Below are positions 28,801 through 38,105 of a DNA stretch of 64,000 bases, piece after piece. The translations under genes were made by a program, and so were the position numbers. How positions within the stretch are numbered: the stretch's first letter is position 1; the number at the start of each line of letters is the position of its first letter. The DNA comes from an uncultured delta proteobacterium (lineage in GTDB: Bacteria; Desulfobacterota; Binatia; Binatales; Binataceae), in contig CAWCDG010000004.1 in the NCBI GenBank assembly GCA_963794325.1, forward strand, positions 288,001 to 352,000, in the 5' to 3' direction. The notes under the pieces are model-generated. The model did no database searches. It was not told the DNA's origin and was given only the letters and a program-made list of their open reading frames with translations.

Positions 28801-29088
28801 TTACCTCGCCCGTTATTTTACGGGAGAGGCGGCTGGCCGCATCGCGGCCAGCGGTGAGGGTTCTGCGGTTCAACCACAAAGCTGATGCCGCCCACTCTCT
28901 CTGTCATTCTGAGCCGCTGCGGCGAAGAATCTCGACGGGCACTCTCGTGTCCGGCGTCATCACTACGCGCACGCGCGCGAGATGGTCAGACGCTCGATGA
29001 TGCGTTAGAGTTAGCATGCACCGCGGAACCCTCACCTACCGGCCGCGATGCGTCCGGCGCCTCTCCCGTAGAGTAACCGGCGAGGTAA
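28801..29088. repeat. Composite element: about 68-bp imperfect inverted repeats enclosing a second REP-like unit
   Basis: 28801-28868 matches the reverse complement of 29021-29088 (TTACCTCGCC...TACGGGAGAGGC...GCATCGCGGCC...GGTGAGGGTT..GCGG); internal TGTCATTCTGAGCCGCTGCGGCGAAGAATCTCG at 28902-28934. Confidence 0.75.
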
Positions 29089-29114
29089 TCTTCGGACGGC
29101 CCCGCTCCACGAGC

Positions 29115-29444
29115 TCAGGCTGCCGAGGACCTTCTGTGAACCGGAATTCGTTCAAGCTCCGTTCGGAGTTCACGCTCGGCGCGCCATAGATCACGGGCTT
29201 GCTGCATTCGCAGCCAGATTCCAGCTCCGTTGCCGCAGAACCGGCCTAGCCGCGCGGCCATCTCGGGCGTAACAGATACCTTCTCAGCCAGAATTCGATG
29301 AAGCGTCTGCCGCGTTACGCCAAGCTGCCGCGCTGCTTCGCTAATTGAGAGTCCAAGCTCAGGAAGGACATCCTCGCGCAGAATAGCGCCGGGATGGGTC
29401 GGCCTCCGCTGCACATAATCTTTCACGGCTCGGTTGGTGATCAT
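29115..29444 (-). CDS. higA: HigA family addiction-module antitoxin
   Basis: PTHPGAILRED, LGVTRQTL, VTPEMAARL and WLRMQ motifs. Confidence 0.9.
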   Translation of the reverse strand: MITNRAVKDYVQRRPTHPGAILREDVLPELGLSISEAARQLGVTRQTLHRILAEKVSVTPEMAARLGRFCGNGAGIWLRMQQARDLWRAERELRTELERIPVHRRSSAA

Positions 29445-29484
29445 TATGACGTCCTATGTCGGCACAATCGGTTACGCCCAAAAC

Positions 29485-29760
29485 TCAATGGTACTGCTCC
29501 AAGTCAACCTGCCAGGCCTCTGCATCGCGCCACTCGAATGTTATGCACCAAGGACCATTGACGTGGAGGCTGTAGCGCTGCGGCTTGCCCCTGAGAGGAT
29601 GGAAGTCGAAGCCGGGAATGTTGAGATCACGCAGCGTCGCAGCCTGCTCCAGCGCATCCAGTCTTCGAAGCGCCCTGGTTTGGAGATCCGCCGCCACTTT
29701 TCGGCTTCGGCCTTGGCGAAACAGCTCGGCCAGCCCGTTGTGGCGGAAGCTTCGTATCAC
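29485..29760 (-). CDS. higB: HigB (RelE/ParE superfamily) toxin
   Basis: MIRSFRHNGL, FHPLRG and YSLHVNGPWCITFEW...DLEQYH motifs. Confidence 0.9.
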   Translation of the reverse strand: MIRSFRHNGLAELFRQGRSRKVAADLQTRALRRLDALEQAATLRDLNIPGFDFHPLRGKPQRYSLHVNGPWCITFEWRDAEAWQVDLEQYH

Positions 29761-29766
29761 CCGTGG

Positions 29767-29807
29767 AGCGTAACACGTCCGGTTACAGGTGTAAATCGCT
29801 CCGTTAC
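29767..29807 (-). promoter_or_regulatory. sigma70 promoter of higBA with two overlapping operator palindromes
   Basis: Minus strand TTTACA-N17-TACGCT ending 6 nt before the GTG start; GTAAC-N7-GTTAC (29770-29786) and GTAAA-N7-GTTAC (29791-29807). Confidence 0.7.
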
Positions 29808-29848
29808 AGAGCGTCCGGTTGTTTCATCAACATTGTGCCCCTGATCGC

Positions 29849-30985
29849 TCACCGCGCGGCGGCTGCTGCTGATTCTGCCTGATACTCCCTCGAACTCTGG
29901 CTTAGCTTCGGCATAACGTGCTTGCCGATCAGGTCGATCGTTTGCATTACCTTTTCGTGCGGGATTGCGCCTACCTGCACCAGCATCAGGATCAGATCGA
30001 CTCCAGCCGATTCGTAAATCTTTGCGACCTTCAGGCAGTCTTCCGGGTCGCCGACCATTACGGCGCCTGCTTCGATTCGTTTGTCGAGATCGGCGATCGA
30101 GAGGCGGTAGTCGCCGATTGCGACTGCTTGTTCCGCCATCTTTTTGTAGTACTCGTAGCCCTTCACTTCCTGCTTGGCGAAGGGCGTGAAGAGTTCGGCG
30201 GCTTTGCGCGTGGTGAAATCGATCGCGTCCTTCGCTATCACCTTGGCTTCCTCGCGGGTCGGCGCGCATACACATACCGTCGCCGCGGCCGTTCGATCGT
30301 TTACGAACGCGCCCACCGGCTCGCAGGTGCTGATCGCTTTTTTGTAAATCGCGATCAGCTTATCGAGCATCCCGGGCTCTGAAATTCCAAACCCGAGCGC
30401 GCCGATTCCTTTTTGACCCGCGATTTCCCAGGTCGAAGGCTGCGTCGCCGCCACCCACATCGGCGGATGCGGTTTCTGGATTGGTTTCGGAATGACCTCG
30501 CGCTCCGGCATCTTGAAAAACTTGCCGTCGTGGCTGAACGTCTCCTGCATCCACATTTTCGGGATCGCAGCGACCGCCTCTTCCCACATCGCACGCGAAT
30601 CTTCCGGATTCACTTGGAAGCCGCCGAGTTCCTGCTCGGTGATCGATCGGCCCGATCCGAATTCCACCCGCCCATTCGACATGATGTCGAGCACCGCGAT
30701 TCGCTCGGCCACGCGCACGGGATGATTGAAAGGAATCGGCAACAGGCAGATGCCGTGGCCCAGCCGAATCCGGCTCGTGACCTGGCTGAGCGCGCCGTAC
30801 CAGACCTCGGGCGCCGACGAGTACGACCATTCAGTGAGAAAATGATGCTCGACGGTCCAGACCGAGTGGTAGCCGAGGCGGTCCGCAAGTTTCACCTGCT
30901 CGGTCGCCTGCTGGTAGATGTCGTACATGAAGCCGGGGTAATGCGGGCGGCTCCGCTGAAGCTCGTACTGCAGCGCAAATTCCAT
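29849..30985 (-). CDS. LLM class flavin-dependent oxidoreductase
   Basis: VWTVEHHF, HPVRVAE...LDIMSNGRVEFG and PKPIQKPHPP motifs. Confidence 0.92.
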   Translation of the reverse strand: MEFALQYELQRSRPHYPGFMYDIYQQATEQVKLADRLGYHSVWTVEHHFLTEWSYSSAPEVWYGALSQVTSRIRLGHGICLLPIPFNHPVRVAERIAVLDIMSNGRVEFGSGRSITEQELGGFQVNPEDSRAMWEEAVAAIPKMWMQETFSHDGKFFKMPEREVIPKPIQKPHPPMWVAATQPSTWEIAGQKGIGALGFGISEPGMLDKLIAIYKKAISTCEPVGAFVNDRTAAATVCVCAPTREEAKVIAKDAIDFTTRKAAELFTPFAKQEVKGYEYYKKMAEQAVAIGDYRLSIADLDKRIEAGAVMVGDPEDCLKVAKIYESAGVDLILMLVQVGAIPHEKVMQTIDLIGKHVMPKLSQSSREYQAESAAAAAR

Positions 30986-31005
30986 CGAGCGTCCTCCTCA
31001 AACTT

Positions 31006-32154
31006 TCAGGCGTGAGCCGCGTCCGGACGCGCGGCGGGTCGTGCGGCCGTTATTCCGCCGACTGTTTTCCACGAATGAATCTCTTCGAGCGCGTGACGGC
31101 CGATAAGCTCGATCGACTTCATGATGCGATCGTGCGGGATACCGCCGTACTGCAGAAAAAATAGCACCTGGTCGGCGCCGAGCTCGCGATATCTCTTCGC
31201 GACGCGCACTGCCTCGTCCGGCGCACCGACCGCGATCAGATCACCGTCCTTCAGAAAGTCGTAGTAGTCGAGCGTGAACTTCGCGGGATCGAACTTCGAC
31301 GCGGTCTTCAGATATTTGTACGACTCGTCGGTCTGGCTTGCCGCCGCGATGCTCGATACCAGCTCGAAGCCCCGGCGCACGTACCAGAGCACGGCTTCGC
31401 GCGCGAGATGCTCAGCCTCGTACGGGTCGTCGCCGAAGATCCCCATGATGTTCATCGAGACCTGGTTGTTTACCGTCTGCCCAACCGGCCGCGCGTTCTT
31501 GATTCCCGCGCGATAAATGTTGATTCGCTCCGCCACCTGCGCGAGCTCGACGCCGAGCGTAAAGCAGAGCACGCCGAGGCCGCGCTCCGCAGCAAGCTCG
31601 AACGTTGTCGGATTGGTCGCCGCGACCCACATCGGCGGATGCGGTTTCTGAATCGGCTTCGGAATCACCGAGACCGGCGGATCGACCGTCCAGTACTTGC
31701 CGTGCATCGAGAACGGATCTTCGCGCCACATCCGCGGGATCGCCTCGACTGCCTCGGCCCATCGCGGGCGCGTCTCTTCCGGACGCACGCCGAAGCCGAG
31801 CAGTTCATCCATCGTGGTGGCGCGGCCGGTGCCGAATTCGACGCGCCCGTTCGACATGATATCGAGCATCGCGATCCGCTCCGCGACGTGGATCGGATGA
31901 TTGAATGGCAGCACCACGACACCGTGGCCGACGCGAATCTGCTTAGTGCGCTGCGTGACGCACGCGAGAAAGATTTCGGGCGCGGAGCAGTACGAAAATT
32001 CGTTCAGAAAGTGATGCTCGACGGTCCACACCGAGTCGAAGCCGAGGCGATCGGCGAGCTCGATCTGCTCCATCGTTTCCCAGAACACGCGATATTCGTG
32101 ATCGGCGGCGTGCGGCTTCACCGACTCGATTTCGTAGATGAGTCCCGCCTTCAT
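31006..32154 (-). CDS. LLM class flavin-dependent oxidoreductase
   Basis: Same motifs as the neighbouring LLM gene; ATG at 32154 overlaps the TetR stop (ATGA). Confidence 0.92.
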   Translation of the reverse strand: MKAGLIYEIESVKPHAADHEYRVFWETMEQIELADRLGFDSVWTVEHHFLNEFSYCSAPEIFLACVTQRTKQIRVGHGVVVLPFNHPIHVAERIAMLDIMSNGRVEFGTGRATTMDELLGFGVRPEETRPRWAEAVEAIPRMWREDPFSMHGKYWTVDPPVSVIPKPIQKPHPPMWVAATNPTTFELAAERGLGVLCFTLGVELAQVAERINIYRAGIKNARPVGQTVNNQVSMNIMGIFGDDPYEAEHLAREAVLWYVRRGFELVSSIAAASQTDESYKYLKTASKFDPAKFTLDYYDFLKDGDLIAVGAPDEAVRVAKRYRELGADQVLFFLQYGGIPHDRIMKSIELIGRHALEEIHSWKTVGGITAARPAARPDAAHA

Positions 32155-32798
32155 TTTGCGATGCTCCATTGACGCATGAACTCGCGGGCCTGGCGGCGCA
32201 GCGATCTGCGCAAATCGAATCGCGGTCCGTGGAGATACCAGAGCATCGCGAGTCCCAGGTAGCTGGAAAAAATCTGCGTCGCCGCCCACTGCGGATCGAG
32301 CTCCGCGTCAAAAATGCCCAGTTGCTGCCCGCGCTCTACCAATTCGCGAAAGCTCGCGATGCCGTGGAGGTTCGCCTTGCGCATCGAGCGCAGCACGCGC
32401 GGCCCAATCTTGTGCGACTCGAGCGCGATAATCAGCAGCAGGCGGGTGACCCACGGATTTTTTTCGTTGAGGGCCGCCATCGTGTCAAACATCCGGGTGA
32501 ATTCCGCGCGGAACTCGGCAGCATTAGAGGCCTGCGCGGATTTTTCGAAGATCAGCTCCCATTCGCCAAGCACCTTGGCGACGACCGCGATGAAGAATTC
32601 TTCTTTGTCGGCGAAATGCCAGTACAGCGCGCCCTTGGTGACGCCCGCCGCCCGCGCGATGCGCGCCAACGACGTGCCGCGATATCCGTACGATGCGAAC
32701 AGATCCATCGCCGCGTCGATCAGGACCTGATCGAGCGAGCCGCGCCGGCGCACCGGCTGCGGCGCCGACACCCCGTTCTTGCGAGCTGGTGAAATCAT
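32151..32798 (-). CDS. TetR/AcrR family transcriptional regulator
   Basis: AAMDLFASYGYRGTSLARIARAAGVTKGALYWHFADKE. Confidence 0.95.
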   Translation of the reverse strand: MISPARKNGVSAPQPVRRRGSLDQVLIDAAMDLFASYGYRGTSLARIARAAGVTKGALYWHFADKEEFFIAVVAKVLGEWELIFEKSAQASNAAEFRAEFTRMFDTMAALNEKNPWVTRLLLIIALESHKIGPRVLRSMRKANLHGIASFRELVERGQQLGIFDAELDPQWAATQIFSSYLGLAMLWYLHGPRFDLRRSLRRQAREFMRQWSIAK

Positions 32799-32932
32799 CT
32801 GAACGATCGGTATGGTGAGGCACTGCGGGTGCCGAGGTCAAGCGCGACGCGCTGGTCGCACGAGCACGCGACGCCCGGGATCACCCCGCGTCCGCACTGC
32901 CCCTTTGAGATCCGATCAGATGATCGCGTGCG

Positions 32933-33157
32933 TCAGTTCTGGCTGGAAGGCCCGCCGTCCGGACCCTTCATGTTCCGCTCGAGGCACCAGCGATCGATCA
33001 CCTCGGCGTTGAAACGCCAGTCGGTGCCAATCCTGAAGCCCGGCAGCTCTCCGCGACGAAGGAGCTTGTAAATGGTTGATGGATGCACACGGAGGTAGTC
33101 CGACAATTCCTTGACCGTCATCACGCGCGGCAAGCTATACTTTGTTTCACTAGCCAT
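32933..33157 (-). CDS. Small excisionase/BldC-like HTH_17 DNA-binding protein
   Basis: VMTVKELSDYLRVHPSTIYKLLRRGELPGFRIGTDWRF; GGAG RBS before ATG at 33157. Confidence 0.85.
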   Translation of the reverse strand: MASETKYSLPRVMTVKELSDYLRVHPSTIYKLLRRGELPGFRIGTDWRFNAEVIDRWCLERNMKGPDGGPSSQN

Positions 33158-33435
33158 GGTATCTCCCGGTAACGTAAGTCCCGTCACCCGCCTACTGCCC
33201 GAATTTGATGCCCTTTTCCGCATCTGCCTAATGGTTCATTCGTCCCTTACGCCCACCATGAGTCTCTTTGAGTGTCGCAAAATCATTGATGGGGGTCAAG
33301 GGCAGCCTAAGAGGATTTCCGATACTTTTCGCTCTTTTTCTCTGTTCTAGTACGTACTAACTCACTTAATTTTGCAGAGCTATTGATACAAAACGCACGC
33401 CAAAGCCTCAAACTGCGCCTGAGAAGCTTGAAGAG

Positions 33436-33975
33436 GTGATAACTATGCTAAATCTCCATCGAATCTCAATTATGCTAGGTTTTATTTTATTTGCTTACGT
33501 TCGTCCAGTCCAGGCGCAACTAAAGTTATACAGCCCTGCTTTGGCTCCGGGTTCCGCTGTCGACGCTGAGAACACATGTGCTGGCGGCGATAAATCTCCT
33601 GCGCTTGCTTGGAGCAACGCGCCGCAATCCACCAAATCGTTTGCGCTAATCGTCGAAGATCCGGACGCACCCGCTGGCACATTTATTCATTGGTTAGCGT
33701 ACAATATTCCCGCTCAAACGACTTCGATTCCCGCAGGCGTGCCACAAACAGAAGAAATTGCAACTGGCGGAAAAAATGGGATCAACGGATTCGATCACAT
33801 CGGTTACAATGGACCATGTCCGCCGCCAGGCAAGATGCATCATTATCATTTTCGCCTGTTCGCGCTGGACTCAACGTTGCCCCTCGGCGACAAGCCCGAC
33901 GCGACCGCGCTCGAGTCCGCGATGAAAGGTCACGTACTGGCGACGGCGGCATTGGTCGGCACATTCGAACGATGA
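33436..33975 (+). CDS. YbhB/YbcL (PEBP/Raf kinase inhibitor-like) protein
   Basis: SPALAW, DPDAP.GTF.HW and GPCPP..HHYHFRLFALD; signal peptide. Confidence 0.92.
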   Translation: MITMLNLHRISIMLGFILFAYVRPVQAQLKLYSPALAPGSAVDAENTCAGGDKSPALAWSNAPQSTKSFALIVEDPDAPAGTFIHWLAYNIPAQTTSIPAGVPQTEEIATGGKNGINGFDHIGYNGPCPPPGKMHHYHFRLFALDSTLPLGDKPDATALESAMKGHVLATAALVGTFER

Positions 33976-34000
33976 GGTTGGTTAAAAAGGCGATTCAACG

Positions 34001-34597
34001 ATGAAGACAGTACTTAAAATCCTGGGCGGAGTGATTGTCCTCGCGGTCGTAGCGATCGTTGGATGGCGCTACTATCAGATGCATCGCGCGCGGCTTGCCG
34101 GCCTGCTTACCGAGAGCATCACGCACGACGGCGATATCTGGAAGGCCGACTTCACTGCGCGCATACCAGCGCCGGAGCAGACTGTGTTCGACGCGATTCG
34201 CAACGTCGAAAATACTCATAGCGACCAGATCAGGTCGGTGCGTGTCGTGTCGCAGAGCGGAAACAAAAAGACGGTCGACATGGATATCGCGGGACCGGGC
34301 GGACAACCGATCACCACAGAGCTTGCATTCGAGTACTTGCCCGACGAGAAAAAGATCATTTCCAAAACCGTCAACAATCCGATGTTCGATACGCAGTCCG
34401 TGTATCAGCTCTCCGATGAAGGCGCGAGTACGTTTATCGACTATCATCAGAATACTCATATGCTGCAGTCGCTTCCGGTTCCCGATGGCGTAATCAAACA
34501 GGTGATTCGCGGCATCTTTGTTGCGCAACTCGAGACCTTGAAGAAGCAGCTCAACATCAAGACCGCCGACGAGACCGACGACGACGACGAACCCTGA
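34001..34597 (+). CDS. Membrane-anchored SRPBCC/START-fold-like protein
   Basis: N-terminal TM; IPAPEQTVFDAI helix-grip start and C-terminal helix. Confidence 0.6.
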   Translation: MKTVLKILGGVIVLAVVAIVGWRYYQMHRARLAGLLTESITHDGDIWKADFTARIPAPEQTVFDAIRNVENTHSDQIRSVRVVSQSGNKKTVDMDIAGPGGQPITTELAFEYLPDEKKIISKTVNNPMFDTQSVYQLSDEGASTFIDYHQNTHMLQSLPVPDGVIKQVIRGIFVAQLETLKKQLNIKTADETDDDDEP

Positions 34598-34617
34598 GCG
34601 TCGATCGCCGTTACAGC

Positions 34618-34986
34618 TTGAACATCACGATGAACGAAATCGACGCGCAACTTGCTCACGGCGTCGAGTTGTTCAATCGCGGCGAATTTTTCGAAGCGCA
34701 TGAAGCGATGGAAGATGCGATGAACCTGATCGTTGACGACACCGGCGACTGGGATTTCTATCTCGGACTGCTGCGCGCGTCGGTCGCAAATCACAAGCTC
34801 GGCGACGGCGAACTGTCGAGCGCTCGATTGCATCTGCGCGCCGCATTGAAATTCCTTGCACCCTATCCCGACCGCCATCGCGGCATCAAGCTGCGCGAGT
34901 TTCGCAGCGCGCTCACCGCGGAACTCGCGCGTCTCGATTCCGATGCAACCAGTGTCACACCGCCGCGCATCGAGCTCGCCGGCTGA
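34618..34986 (+). CDS. DUF309 domain protein
   Basis: GVELFNRGEFFEAHEAME signature. Confidence 0.85.
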   Translation: MNITMNEIDAQLAHGVELFNRGEFFEAHEAMEDAMNLIVDDTGDWDFYLGLLRASVANHKLGDGELSSARLHLRAALKFLAPYPDRHRGIKLREFRSALTAELARLDSDATSVTPPRIELAG

Positions 34987-35585
34987 TGATTCCCTTCACC
35001 GCAGAATTCGCGGCGTCGGCATTCGCACTCGACGGCTGTCCGCGATGGAAGCGCGCGGAGGTCGCCCTCGCGGGCCGTTCCAACGTCGGCAAGAGCTCGC
35101 TCCTCAACGCGCTCACGAGGGTAAAGGGTCTCGCACGCACCAGCAAAACTCCCGGACGCACGCGAGCGCTCAACTTTTTTTCAGTGAACGACACGCTCGC
35201 TCTGTGCGACCTGCCCGGCTTCGGCTATGCGAAAATGAGTCACGATGACGCCGCCAAGATCGCATCGATGATGCATGAATACATCCACGGCCGCGCGAAT
35301 CTCGCCGCCATCGCGATCCTGATCGATTGCCGCCGCGGTCCGAATGAAGACGAACTCTCTCTGGCGGCGATGGCCACCGAGCGCGGTATCGAAGTGATTC
35401 CGGTCGCGACGAAATGCGACAAACTGCGCCGCTCGGAACGAGCCGCCGCACTCAAACGGTTCGACCGAATGCACGTGCCCCCAATTTTTGTCTCGGCAAC
35501 TTCGGACGAGGGACTCGACGACCTGCGCCGCCGAATCCTCGCCGTTGATCGCGCGGACGCCGCCAAACGCGCGGAGGCGCGATGA
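34986..35585 (+). CDS. engB: Ribosome biogenesis GTPase YihA/YsxC/EngB
   Basis: GRSNVGKSS, SKTPGRT, DLPGFG and TKCD motifs. Confidence 0.95.
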   Translation: MIPFTAEFAASAFALDGCPRWKRAEVALAGRSNVGKSSLLNALTRVKGLARTSKTPGRTRALNFFSVNDTLALCDLPGFGYAKMSHDDAAKIASMMHEYIHGRANLAAIAILIDCRRGPNEDELSLAAMATERGIEVIPVATKCDKLRRSERAAALKRFDRMHVPPIFVSATSDEGLDDLRRRILAVDRADAAKRAEAR

Positions 35586-36481
35586 AACCCGCCGTCTCCG
35601 TAATTATCCCGACTTACAATCGATGCGCGATGCTGCGCGAGGCGATCGATTCCGTGCTCGCGCAATCGTTCACCGAGTTCGAGTTGATCGTTATCGACGA
35701 CGGCTCGACTGACGGAACTGCCGAGCATCTGACGCGCCTCGGCAAACCAATCCAATTCGAACGCATTGAGCACGGAGGTCCCGCAACTGCTCGAAATCGC
35801 GGCGCAGAACTGGCGCGAGCGCCGCTTATTGCGTTTCTCGATTCCGACGATCTTTGGTCGCCAACCAAGCTCGAACGACAGCTTGCGTTCATGCGTGCGA
35901 ATCCCGGCTGCGCGATTTCGCAGACCAACGAAATCTGGATACGCAACGGACGCCGCGTCAATCCCGGATTGCGGCATCGCAAGCGCGCCGGCGATATTTT
36001 CATCGACTCACTCCGCACCTGTTTGATCAGTATGTCCGCCACGATGATGCGGGCCGAGCTCTTCCGCTCGCTCGGTGGCTTCGACGAGATCATGAGAGCA
36101 GCGGAAGACTACGACTTGTGGCTGCGAATTCTGATCGACCACGAAGCCGGTCTGCTCGACGAGTCGTTGGTGACTCGACGCGGCGGGCATCCAGATCAGA
36201 CCTCGGCGACGACACCCGCGCTCGATCGCTTCCGCATTCTCGCGCTCACGAAATTGCTCGCGGATGATGGACTCTCGCCAGCGCGCCGGACTGCAGTCGT
36301 CGAAGTGCTCATCGAGAAATGTCGCATCTACGCGGGTGGCCTCGTGCGGCGAGGCAGGATCGACCAGGCGCGTCTCTACCAAGGTATCTATGACCAGGCG
36401 CAAAACTGGCGAGCGGCTGAGATCGGCTGCGCTATCGAGTCGATGCGTTCCATGTTTCACGAAGTTCCACATGAGTGCTGA
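35582..36481 (+). CDS. Glycosyltransferase family 2 protein
   Basis: VIIPTYNR, IDDGSTD, ARN.G, FLDSDD and EDYDLWLR motifs. Confidence 0.92.
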   Translation: MKPAVSVIIPTYNRCAMLREAIDSVLAQSFTEFELIVIDDGSTDGTAEHLTRLGKPIQFERIEHGGPATARNRGAELARAPLIAFLDSDDLWSPTKLERQLAFMRANPGCAISQTNEIWIRNGRRVNPGLRHRKRAGDIFIDSLRTCLISMSATMMRAELFRSLGGFDEIMRAAEDYDLWLRILIDHEAGLLDESLVTRRGGHPDQTSATTPALDRFRILALTKLLADDGLSPARRTAVVEVLIEKCRIYAGGLVRRGRIDQARLYQGIYDQAQNWRAAEIGCAIESMRSMFHEVPHEC

Positions 36482-37004
36482 TATCGACCAACAAATTCGG
36501 ACGATTGCCGCCGAACGACGGCTGCCAGCGAGCCATCTCGCGCGATGGCTTGCGATGGATCCACCGTCGCGCGCCGCGATGCTCGACGTCGCGCGCACAC
36601 AGCGTCTTCGCACCGGTCAGCTGGTAACCGCGCTCGACACCCTTGATGAAATCACCGTGCGCGAGCGCGTCACCGCGGTCGCCATTCTCGACCGGCCTGA
36701 AATTCGGCGCATCGCGAATAGCCCGGGACCTCTGCCGTCGCGCGCGACTGCTCTGCTCGAAGCATTGCGCACCCTTCGGTACCCTCGCCTGAAAAAAATG
36801 CAGGAGCAGTTGCGCTCCGAGGTCTCGTCTCTGAAGTTGCCGCGCGGCATTTCGATAGACTTGCCCAAGGATCTCGGCTCTGATGAGCTCACGATTTCGA
36901 TCCGTGTCCGGAGTGGCGATGACCTGGAGCATTTGCTCGAAGCGCTCGATAAAAGGCGGACGGGACTGACGCGGATTATTGAAATGCTCGGCGGTAATAA
37001 ATGA
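36471..37004 (+). CDS. Hypothetical helical protein, possibly related to the C-terminal part of ParB-like proteins
   Basis: ORF overlaps both neighbours; contains LRYPRL...LKLPRGISI.LP; no ParB CTP-binding box seen. Confidence 0.6.
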   Translation: MSADIDQQIRTIAAERRLPASHLARWLAMDPPSRAAMLDVARTQRLRTGQLVTALDTLDEITVRERVTAVAILDRPEIRRIANSPGPLPSRATALLEALRTLRYPRLKKMQEQLRSEVSSLKLPRGISIDLPKDLGSDELTISIRVRSGDDLEHLLEALDKRRTGLTRIIEMLGGNK

Positions 37005-38095
37005 AGTTCGACCTTGATGCGGTCTTTGTGGAAGATGGATGCGTCGGCTCCGCGCTGGCGACTCGCGTCCTCGATGCGCTTCCGTGCGATTTGCCTGTGA
37101 CGCAGGTCGCCGATGCGCGCGAAGTCACTCGGCCCGCATCCGGCGTGAGCGATCCTTTCGGCGCCGGCAAGCGCCGCCTCGTCATTGCGCGTCGCAAAAC
37201 TCCTTTCCTGATGCCGTGTCCCGCGGGCTCCTCGAAATTCGCCTGCTGCGGATACCTCGTGCTGACGCTCGCGTCGAACTGCCCGATGGATTGCTCGTAC
37301 TGTTTCCTGCAGGAATATCTCGCCGACAATCCCGCGTTCCAGGTTTATGCGAATTACACCGACTCCTTCGACGAGCTCGACCGCCTCTGCGAGAACGCTC
37401 ACGGCCGCAGCTTCCGCGTGGGCACCGGCGAACTGGCGGACTCGCTCGCGTTCGACTCGATCACCGCGATGAGCCGTGACCTGATCGATTTTTTTGCCTC
37501 GCGCGAGAATCTGACGCTCGAGCTCAAAACGAAGACCGACGAAATCGAAAATCTTCTCGACCTCGACCCGCGCGGCCGCGTGCTGGTTTCGTGGACGCTA
37601 TCGCCCGATGCGGTTTATCGCAGCTCTGAGCATCTGACCGCCTCGCCCACTGCTCGAATCGCGGCGGCTCGCGCCGTGCTCGACGCCGGCTACCGCGTCG
37701 CGTTCCATTTCGATCCGCTGATCGCGTATCCCAATGCCGAGCGCGACTACCTGCTGCTGATCGACGAGCTGTTCGACGTTGTTCCGCCCAAACAAATCTC
37801 GTTCATCAGCATGGGCGGACTGCGAATGACGCCGCGATTGCGCGGCGCCGCGCGCCTCCGTTTCCCCGACGATCCGATGCTATGCGGCGAGGACGTGCTC
37901 GCCTCCGACGGCCGCTTTCGTACATTCACGCCGCTGCGACTGAGCCTGTACCGCGCGCTCGCCGAGCGTTTCAAAAAAGCCGGCGCTGAGTTTCCCGCCT
38001 ACTTGTGCATGGAACCGGCCAGCGTCCATGAACACGTCTTTGGCGCGGTGCCCTCGCGACCAGCTACAATCGGCGAGCGCCTCGCGCGCGCTTAA
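37001..38095 (+). CDS. Spore photoproduct lyase family radical SAM protein
   Basis: CPMDCSYCFLQ, GTGELADS, LELKTK, SWTL, FHFDP and YLCME motifs. Confidence 0.85.
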   Translation: MKFDLDAVFVEDGCVGSALATRVLDALPCDLPVTQVADAREVTRPASGVSDPFGAGKRRLVIARRKTPFLMPCPAGSSKFACCGYLVLTLASNCPMDCSYCFLQEYLADNPAFQVYANYTDSFDELDRLCENAHGRSFRVGTGELADSLAFDSITAMSRDLIDFFASRENLTLELKTKTDEIENLLDLDPRGRVLVSWTLSPDAVYRSSEHLTASPTARIAAARAVLDAGYRVAFHFDPLIAYPNAERDYLLLIDELFDVVPPKQISFISMGGLRMTPRLRGAARLRFPDDPMLCGEDVLASDGRFRTFTPLRLSLYRALAERFKKAGAEFPAYLCMEPASVHEHVFGAVPSRPATIGERLARA

Positions 38096-38105
38096 GATCG
38101 AAGAA

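Noticed and set aside
32933-33157. Possible prophage or ICE excisionase marking a mobile element
   Set aside because: No integrase, att repeat, tRNA or phage genes nearby.
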